Below are positions 1 to 6,900 of a DNA stretch of 64,000 nt, one piece after another (the stretch's first letter is position 1; each line of letters starts with the position of its first letter). Origin of the DNA: an archaeon GW2011_AR18 (GTDB lineage: Archaea; Nanobdellota; Nanobdellia; SCGC-AAA011-G17; GW2011-AR18); NCBI GenBank assembly GCA_000806155.1, contig JWKX01000007.1, positions 5,097-69,096 of the forward strand. Reading direction: 5' to 3'. Position numbers and translations under genes: made by a program. The notes below the pieces were generated by a model. It did no database searches. It worked only from the letters and a program-made list of their open reading frames with translations, and was not told the origin of the DNA.

Positions 1-738
1 GATCTGTATTCTGATTCTTTGTATCATGAGATTAAAGTCTCTCTTTTCAAGAAAGTTGGTTACTCTCAGTACATTAAAACTGAATATAAGACTAAGATTA
101 AAAAACCTTCTTTAGGTTCTATGATACCTATTAAGGAATTGATTGCAGAAGCTTATTATAATAAATATCTCTCAAAAGGCGAGACTATTGTATGTATTCA
201 GGATGATTCTTTTGATAATGGCTTTAAAGGTTATTTATCAATAATTAATATCGACGCTCTTTTTTCTGATAATAATACTAGTATCTTATATGAAAATGTC
301 CATCCTGATATAATTGATTCAATTATAGAAATAGCTTTAGAGATATCAAAATATGGGAGAGAAGGAAAGAAAGTCGGCACTGCTTTTATTATTGGTCCTA
401 AAGAAATTTTGAAATATTCTAAGCAGTTGATAATAAATCCTTTCCAGTATATAGAGCCTGAGAAGAAGAAGATTACTGATCTTGAATTACGTGAGACTAT
501 CAAAGAATTCTCTCAGTTGGATGGTGTTTTCATGATTGATAATGATGGCACTATCTTATCATCCGGGACTTACATTGATATTGATACAGAAGGTTTGAAT
601 CTCCCTCAGGGTCTTGGTACTAAACATCGTAATTGTGCAGCTATCACAGCTAAGACTTCTGCTATAGCTTTTGTTGTCTCATCTTCTGGTGGTAAGATTA
701 AAGTTTTCAAGAATGGTAAGATTGTAATGACTATTTAA
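1..738 (+). CDS. Diadenylate cyclase (DAC/DisA_N domain) protein, 5'-truncated by the window edge
   Basis: REGKKVGTAFIIG, KEFSQLDGVF (DGA-like) and GLGTKHR (GTRHR-like) motifs; the frame is open from position 1. Confidence 0.85.
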   Translation, partial: DLYSDSLYHEIKVSLFKKVGYSQYIKTEYKTKIKKPSLGSMIPIKELIAEAYYNKYLSKGETIVCIQDDSFDNGFKGYLSIINIDALFSDNNTSILYENVHPDIIDSIIEIALEISKYGREGKKVGTAFIIGPKEILKYSKQLIINPFQYIEPEKKKITDLELRETIKEFSQLDGVFMIDNDGTILSSGTYIDIDTEGLNLPQGLGTKHRNCAAITAKTSAIAFVVSSSGGKIKVFKNGKIVMTI

Positions 739-1103
739 TTCATTATCCTGTCTTTTAAAGAATCTACTTGTTCTTCTATTGTCTCTACTTCATCCTCAAT
801 CTCGTCAAGGATTCTTACTAATTCTTCATTATCTTTATTTTTTCTTGCATATGGATTATCGTTTAATGTTATTAACAGTTCTAGGAGGATTTCATGCATT
901 TTATTTAAGTCTTTGAGGTTGAGATTATTTGCAATTGCTCTGGCTCTAAGGTCTTGGAAACTTCCTATATGAATTAATGCTTCGGCTATAATCTTCTTTG
1001 GTAAGTATTTTCTCAAAGCCTCTATTTTTCTTTCATCTAGACCATTTATTTTTGATATGTTTTTTCTTGGAGGAATATCAATGTTTAATATGGGTATATG
1101 CAT
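735..1103 (-). CDS. Hypothetical protein (122 aa)
   Basis: ORF with a TATA-like element upstream; no recognised motif. Confidence 0.6.
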   Translation of the reverse strand: MHIPILNIDIPPRKNISKINGLDERKIEALRKYLPKKIIAEALIHIGSFQDLRARAIANNLNLKDLNKMHEILLELLITLNDNPYARKNKDNEELVRILDEIEDEVETIEEQVDSLKDRIMN

Positions 1104-1165
1104 ATTATAACAGATTTTTACTATTTTATAAAGATTTTTAAAGCTTTAACTTTCTCTATTTGTAT

Positions 1166-1286
1166 GCCCCTGTAGCGCAGCCTGGATTTTATTAAACTAG
1201 ATAGCGCGTCAGGTTCCTAACCTGTAGGTCGTGGGAGGTTAAATCATGCGTGGTTTAATCAACGAATTCAAATCCCATCAGGGGCG
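1166..1286 (+). tRNA. tRNA-Arg(CCT) with two non-canonical introns (D-loop 1188-1202; T-arm 53/54 1236-1266)
   Basis: Acceptor GCCCCTG/CAGGGGC, D stem GCGC/GCGC, anticodon loop TTCCTAA; T arm GTGGG-TTCAAAT-CCCAT forms after removing the 15-nt and 31-nt inserts. Confidence 0.9.
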
Positions 1287-1676
1287 TATTGTTGATGCGA
1301 ATGTTGTTATTGTTGCACCTAAGAATAATCCGTACATTACACTATCATTTAATTTTAGTAATAATGCAGCTCCTATTGTTAACAGGCAGAATATTACTAT
1401 TGATAGATATTTCCACCCGTCATATGTTCTCTTCTGTTTTTCATAATCCTGCTGTATTTTATTTTGTTCTTGCTGGCATTTGTTTATCTGTTCCTGTGTT
1501 GTATTATCATATCCATTTACTGGCATAGGCTTTGACATATAACATTCATTGTACATTGGATAATTTGTATAATCATATTTAGGGAAGAATATGTTAGCTC
1601 CCATGAATACTAATGGTATATATAGAATAATTATTATTGCTGCGAATAATATTATTTTCCAGGTTGTTCCTTTCAT
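1278..1676 (-). CDS. Membrane protein of unknown function
   Basis: N-terminal and C-terminal hydrophobic helices around a Cys-containing loop; the stop lies in the tRNA-Arg acceptor stem. Confidence 0.7.
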   Translation of the reverse strand: MKGTTWKIILFAAIIIILYIPLVFMGANIFFPKYDYTNYPMYNECYMSKPMPVNGYDNTTQEQINKCQQEQNKIQQDYEKQKRTYDGWKYLSIVIFCLLTIGAALLLKLNDSVMYGLFLGATITTFASTIRP

Positions 1677-1720
1677 ATATTGCCTTTATTTTTATTCTTA
1701 TTTAAATCTTTTTAATTCAT

Positions 1721-2152
1721 TTAATTTGTCTTTAGGTTTTCTAGAAGTCTCTCTAATAATCCTCTTGTAGTATTTGGCAATCCTATAACCCTTAAAAATT
1801 CTTTTTCATGAGGTAAAATATGTGAAGCTGAGGGATCAGAATATGATTCATGTTTAATTCCATGCGGTGTACCTATCCATCTGTTCTGTGTAACATAAAC
1901 TTTATTTGTATCTGAATCATAATATGTAGCCTGTGAAATAGTATATCCATCTTCTGTGAATATTGCACTAACACGGAGTCCATCTTTTATTTCAGGAATT
2001 GCTACATTATCTAGGCTTGTAAAAACAATATTCTCGCTTTTTGTCAATGGAGGAAATGAATTCTCCTTAGCAACTGATAAAAAATCCAAACCTGAACTTA
2101 ACTGATAAAGTCTTGCAGTATAATTATAGTCCCAATGCATATAAATTTTCAT
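1721..2152 (-). CDS. Hypothetical protein (143 aa)
   Basis: ATG-started ORF filling the gap. Confidence 0.6.
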   Translation of the reverse strand: MKIYMHWDYNYTARLYQLSSGLDFLSVAKENSFPPLTKSENIVFTSLDNVAIPEIKDGLRVSAIFTEDGYTISQATYYDSDTNKVYVTQNRWIGTPHGIKHESYSDPSASHILPHEKEFLRVIGLPNTTRGLLERLLENLKTN

Positions 2153-2164
2153 TAAAATATCTAT

Positions 2165-2380
2165 TTAAGTTTTATTGTTGTTAATTATACTATTATCTTT
2201 CAACTTAAGTGTTAATGTATAGATTAAAGAACAAATTAATGATAATAAAAAGTAAAGTGTATAAGAAGGATTATCTAGAAGATATGAAGTTGCCTGGATT
2301 ATATTATTAAATATAACAATCCCTAATGCTATAAAACTTAGAATAAATAATATTACAATATTGAATATTCCTTTGCTCAA
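2165..2380 (-). CDS. Small membrane protein
   Basis: Two hydrophobic segments; the TTG start overlaps the upstream stop. Confidence 0.5.
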   Translation of the reverse strand: MSKGIFNIVILFILSFIALGIVIFNNIIQATSYLLDNPSYTLYFLLSLICSLIYTLTLKLKDNSIINNNKT

Positions 2381-2505
2381 TTTATTACACCTGCAGTTAT
2401 TAAGATAATGCCTATTATCCCTATTATAAATCCTATAATACTTAGTATCTGTAAAACATTTAATGCTATCTGAAATTTCTTGGTATGTAATATCTTATTT
2501 TCCAT
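2377..2505 (-). CDS. Small single-TM protein (42 aa, MENKILHTKKFQIALNVLQILSIIGFIIGIIGIILITAGVIN), not in the ORF track
   Basis: Manual translation; ATG about 20 nt after a TATA-like element. Confidence 0.5.
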   Translation of the reverse strand: MENKILHTKKFQIALNVLQILSIIGFIIGIIGIILITAGVIN

Positions 2506-2529
2506 ATTATATTTAAGAATTTAAAGTTT

Positions 2530-3594
2530 TTATCTCTTTTGGTGTTTTTCTTGTAAATATGATTTTCTTAGATTTTTCATTAAGTTTTGTATAAAATATA
2601 GATTATGTATGCTTCCATATCTCTCTTTTATTGGTTCATGTGTTCTGTACAAGTGATGTAAGAATGCTTTGCTGTAATTTTTACATACAGGACATTTACA
2701 GTTTTCATCTAGTGGTTCCTCTTCATCTCTGTACATTGCTTTTTCTATATTGATCTTTCCTTTACTAGTAAATATTCCTCCATGTCTTGCATTCATTGTT
2801 GGAAATCTTGAATCAAATGCATCTACTCCTAATTCTACAGATGTTACTATATCTTCCGGGCTTCCAACTCCCATTAAATATCTTGGTTTTTCTTTATCTA
2901 AATGTTTTGTACTGAATTTTATTGTATTATACATTATTTCTCTTCCTTCTCCTATTCCTAATCCTCCTAATGCTATCCCATCGAAGTCTAGTTTATTTAT
3001 GAATTTGCAGCTTTTCTCTCTTAATTCTTTAAAAGTTCCACCCTGGCATATTCCAAATAATAATTGTTTCTTATCACTATGTGATTTTACACAACGTTCT
3101 GCCCATAAATGTGTTATTCTTGTACATTCCGCAATATATTCCTCATTATTTCCGTAATGTGGTACATAATCTAGTGCCATTGCAACATCTGATCCTATGG
3201 CTTTCTCTATTTCCATTATATCTTCAGGAGTAAAGAATTTTATACTTCCATCATATGGGTTTTTGAAATGTACTCCTTTTTCATCTGCTTTATGTAAGAA
3301 TGCTTTGCTTAATATCTGGAATCCTCCTGAATCTGTGAATATTGTCTTATCCCATTTCATGAACCTGTGTATCCCATTAAATTTTTGTAGAATATCTAAT
3401 CCAGGTTTTAAGTGTAATACAAATGCATTTGCAATTATTGCCTCTGTTCCTATCTCTTCTAGATCTTTAGGGCTTACAGCTTTTGGAGTTCCTTTTGTTG
3501 CTATTGGCATGAAGAAAGGAGTTTTTACTATTCCATGTCTTGTTTTTAGTGTTCCTGCTCTTGCCTCTTTATCTTGTGAACTTATCTTGAACAT
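2530..3594 (-). CDS. tgt: tRNA-guanine transglycosylase, bacterial/queuine type
   Basis: TPFFMP, TDSGGFQ, GICQGG, PRYLMGVG, FDSRFPT and Zn site CKCPVC...H; start moved to MFKI at 3594. Confidence 0.92.
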   Translation of the reverse strand: MFKISSQDKEARAGTLKTRHGIVKTPFFMPIATKGTPKAVSPKDLEEIGTEAIIANAFVLHLKPGLDILQKFNGIHRFMKWDKTIFTDSGGFQILSKAFLHKADEKGVHFKNPYDGSIKFFTPEDIMEIEKAIGSDVAMALDYVPHYGNNEEYIAECTRITHLWAERCVKSHSDKKQLLFGICQGGTFKELREKSCKFINKLDFDGIALGGLGIGEGREIMYNTIKFSTKHLDKEKPRYLMGVGSPEDIVTSVELGVDAFDSRFPTMNARHGGIFTSKGKINIEKAMYRDEEEPLDENCKCPVCKNYSKAFLHHLYRTHEPIKERYGSIHNLYFIQNLMKNLRKSYLQEKHQKR

Positions 3595-3660
3595 ATTATT
3601 GAGAAATATTGCTCTAATTATAAAAGTAATCTTTTTATAAGCATTAAACATAATTAAATT

Positions 3661-4425
3661 ATGCAAAAAGCTGTCGAATTCAAGAATAGTGATGGTTTAA
3701 CTTTAAGAGGATTTGTTTACGAACCTAAAAAATATGATACAGCAATTGTTTTTCTTCATGGTTTTCCTGCAAATTGTAAATATATTGTAGCTTCTAATAT
3801 GGGTAATTATCTGGAAAGATTAGGTTATTTATTTCTTTGTTTTGATTTTAATGGAACAGATACATCTGATGGTAAATTTGAAGATAAACTAATGAGTAAA
3901 GAAGTTAAAGATGTTAAGTATGCTATTGATTTTCTTTCTAAGAATTATAAATTCAATAAATTAATCATTATTGGTCATTCAACAGGTGCTATTGATGCTG
4001 CATTATATTCTTACAAAGATAAAAGAGTTGATAAATTAATATTGTTAGGTGGTGTTGGAAATTTAAAACAGGCCGTAAGATATGATTTTTCTGATGAAGA
4101 TGTTCATGATTTCAAGACTAAAGATTATATAATCTACAAGAATAAAAATCATTGGACTTATAATAAGAAATTAAAAAGATCATTTTATGATGAGTTTTTT
4201 ACATTAGATGTTCTAGGTTCATTGCATAAATTTAAAAAACCTGTTTTAATAATTCATGGAAGTAAGGATGAATCAGTTCCTGTGGAAAAAGATCCTCAAG
4301 AGTTATACTCTGCAGCCAATGAACCTAAGAAATTAATAATAATTAATGGGGCTGATCATAAATTTTCAAAATTAAGACAAGGATTAAAAGTTTTATATTA
4401 CATTAATAAATTTATTAAAAATTAA
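3661..4425 (+). CDS. Alpha/beta-fold hydrolase
   Basis: FLHGF oxyanion motif, GHSTG nucleophile, HGSKD and GADH. Confidence 0.9.
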   Translation: MQKAVEFKNSDGLTLRGFVYEPKKYDTAIVFLHGFPANCKYIVASNMGNYLERLGYLFLCFDFNGTDTSDGKFEDKLMSKEVKDVKYAIDFLSKNYKFNKLIIIGHSTGAIDAALYSYKDKRVDKLILLGGVGNLKQAVRYDFSDEDVHDFKTKDYIIYKNKNHWTYNKKLKRSFYDEFFTLDVLGSLHKFKKPVLIIHGSKDESVPVEKDPQELYSAANEPKKLIIINGADHKFSKLRQGLKVLYYINKFIKN

Positions 4426-4485
4426 TTATTAACAATAGTTTATTTTTTACAAACATTTATAACGTAGATTTAATATAAAATATTT

Positions 4486-5019
4486 ATGACTTTAGTAACT
4501 AACGTTTCATGGTTGTTGTCTTTTTTGACTTTAATAGGTAATATCTTAATTTTAATCTTTTTATTAGTCTTAATTTTCTCTAAAAATAAATTCTTAAAAT
4601 TAAAGAACTTCATTGGTAAGAATGCTTTGTTCTTTGCTTTTATTGTATCATTTATTGCTACTGCAGGAAGTTTATTTTACTCAGAGATTGCTAAATATGA
4701 TCCATGTAAACTATGTTGGTATCAAAGAATTTTCATGTATCCTCAGGTTTTATTATTAGGTATTGCTATGTTCAAGAAAGATCATAAAATTTCAAATTAT
4801 ATTATACCTATGTCTATTATTGGTGGTTTGATTGCTGCTTATCATTATCTTGTACAGATTGAGTTATTTGCTCCTCCTGCATGTTCTGCTGTTGGTTATT
4901 CTGTATCTTGTGCAACTAAGTTTGTTATGTCTTATGGTTATATCACAATCCCTATGATGTCATTGACTGCTTTTATTCTAATTATATTGTGCATGTTATG
5001 TTTAAGATATAAGAAATGA
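4486..5019 (+). CDS. Disulfide bond formation protein, DsbB/BdbC family
   Basis: GSLFYSE, PCKLCWYQRIFMYP, second Cys pair and ITIPMMSL. Confidence 0.9.
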   Translation: MTLVTNVSWLLSFLTLIGNILILIFLLVLIFSKNKFLKLKNFIGKNALFFAFIVSFIATAGSLFYSEIAKYDPCKLCWYQRIFMYPQVLLLGIAMFKKDHKISNYIIPMSIIGGLIAAYHYLVQIELFAPPACSAVGYSVSCATKFVMSYGYITIPMMSLTAFILIILCMLCLRYKK

Positions 5020-5031
5020 ATTAATATACAG

Positions 5032-5312
5032 AGAATTGAACTATCGACAAAATGTCGATGACTGAAATTATAATCTATTTGAAGTGTCCGGAAATATAGG
5101 ACAGTTGAGAAATACTTAGGATTAATATTGAAAAACTAAGGATAGAGAGGGGTAAATTGCCACCAACCTAAGATTATATTATATAATATCAGTATTTTAT
5201 TACAATTAGATATGATAAAGAATTGAAGTAGTTACATTTTGTAACCAGTTGAAATTAATAGTCTAAATTTAATTATTTTAAAACTGAGGATAGGTACAAG
5301 TTGTACATAACC
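5032..5312 (+). repeat. Array of five imperfect palindromic cassettes in non-coding DNA
   Basis: Cores TCGACA-AAA-TGTCGA (5044), TGTCC-N9-GGACA (5085), GGTA-AAT-TGCC (5151), GTTACA-TTT-TGTAAC (5231), GTACA-AGT-TGTAC (5294); units 1 and 4 share AGAATTGAA...TGAAATTA flanks. Confidence 0.75.
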
Positions 5313-5424
5313 ATTATTTTGTATAACAATGTCAATCTCTAAAAATGCATTTTATTGATATTTGGCCACTGGACACGACACGGACGCCCGCCAGGTTTAT
5401 AACTTATATTATATATTATAAATA

Positions 5425-6195
5425 ATGCTATCAAATGATGAAAGAGAGAATATTATACTGCTATTGAAATTAGGGTATAGTATAAATGAAATAAACAAGA
5501 TTACTCATAAGAGCAAAGGCACAATCTATACTTATTATAAAAAATTATTTGGTAAGAAAATTAAAGATGTATCAATAAATGAAGCAGATGACGAATTTAT
5601 AGGGGAATTAGTGGGTTTATTTGTTGGTGATGGTAATGCATATCATAATAAAAAAGAAGGGAAATATATGATAAGATTCTTTTTTAACTGTAATGACTTA
5701 TCGCATAATTCTCAGCTTGTTGAGTTTTTCAGTAAAAATTTTGAAAAAAGTCCTAATATCTACAAAGAAGAGAATGTTTTAATTTTTACTTATATTTCTA
5801 AAAAACTTTTTAAATTTCTATTAAACTTTGTAGTTTGGGATATTTCTGTTGATATATTGGGAAGAAATAGAAAAAGTAGAACAATATATCTTAAACCTAG
5901 AGATTATTCTTTAAACTTTAAAATAGGGTTTCTTAGAGGTTTTATGGATAGTGATGGACATATCTCAAATAAAAAGATACAATTCTCATCTGCTTCACAA
6001 AGAATTATGGACAAAACAATGAGTTTTTTATTGGAATGTGGATTTATAGATATGAATTACTATTTTTATGAAGAAAAGAGAAAAAATAGAGTTGGTATGT
6101 ACCATATTGCACTTAATAAATCAGAAAGAATGAACTTTTTTAGAAGGGTTCAGCCAAGAAATCTTAGAAAATTAAATGCACCAGCCGGGATTTGA
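5425..6195 (+). mobile_element. Free-standing LAGLIDADG (intein/DOD-type) homing endonuclease with N-terminal HTH
   Basis: Motifs ELVGLFVGDG and GFLRGFMDSDG; no intein splicing blocks; the 3' end overlaps tRNA-Gly. Confidence 0.85.
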
Positions 6196-6292
6196 ATATC
6201 CGAACATTAAGTTTAAACTTAACATCTCCCGGATCAAGAGCTTACCTCTCTATAATGGAAGGCTCTAATGCTAACCATTACACCACTGGTGC
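6177..6292 (-). tRNA. tRNA-Gly(TCC) with a canonical 37/38 intron (6243-6255) and a T-arm 53/54 intron (6197-6227)
   Basis: GCACCAG/CTGGTGC acceptor; anticodon arm AGAGC-CTTCCAA-GCTCT after splicing; both introns form BHB motifs. Confidence 0.93.
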
Positions 6293-6329
6293 TTAATTTT
6301 GGTTATTAAAGTTTAAATTATAAACCTTT

Positions 6330-6827
6330 CTATTGATATTTAACAATATAACTAACCTCAACAAGTCCGCTGTCATAATGTTTTGTTTGTACTAGTTCTA
6401 GTTTTATCTTGTTTTTTATATCTTTGAAAAGTTCTTTTCCTTTGCCTAGTATTAATGGGTGTATGAATATTCTCATCTCATCTATTAGATTATTATTTAG
6501 TAATATACTTACTATCTCGCTTCCTCCAACTAACCATATATCTTTTCCTTTTTGTTTTTTTATTTCTTTAACAAATTGTATTGGTGTTTGTATATATTCA
6601 ACATTTTTCTTTTTGCTGAATACAATTATTTTCTTTTCTTTGAATGGTTCTTTTTCTAATTTTAATGATATATCATATGTTTTTCTTCCCATGATTACTG
6701 TATCTATAGAATTATAGAATGCTTTATATCCGTAATCTTGATCATGGAATAACCAGTCTATTTCATCATTTTGTCCAGATATGAATCCATCAAGGCTTGT
6801 TGCTATGAATAATATTATTTTTCTCAT
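6330..6827 (-). CDS. Dihydrofolate reductase/RibD C-terminal family protein
   Basis: IATSLDGFI, MGRKTY, DIWLVGG, LIDE and PLILGKG. Confidence 0.9.
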   Translation of the reverse strand: MRKIILFIATSLDGFISGQNDEIDWLFHDQDYGYKAFYNSIDTVIMGRKTYDISLKLEKEPFKEKKIIVFSKKKNVEYIQTPIQFVKEIKKQKGKDIWLVGGSEIVSILLNNNLIDEMRIFIHPLILGKGKELFKDIKNKIKLELVQTKHYDSGLVEVSYIVKYQ

Positions 6828-6900
6828 ATTTCTAATAAGTAGTTTATGTTTATATGATTTTTCACAAACCTTAATAAATCATTATATTATAGAATACTTT

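Noticed and set aside
1246-1446. 66-aa plus-strand ORF
   Set aside because: It starts inside the tRNA-Arg intron and lies antisense to a better ORF.
2165-2505. Programmed frameshift joining two small membrane ORFs
   Set aside because: An ordinary TTGA start/stop overlap or a single-base error explains it, and there is no slippery site with a downstream structure.
5032-5312. CRISPR array interpretation of the palindromic units
   Set aside because: The units are not identical, spacing is irregular (about 40-80 nt), the palindrome arms themselves vary, and there are no cas genes in the window.
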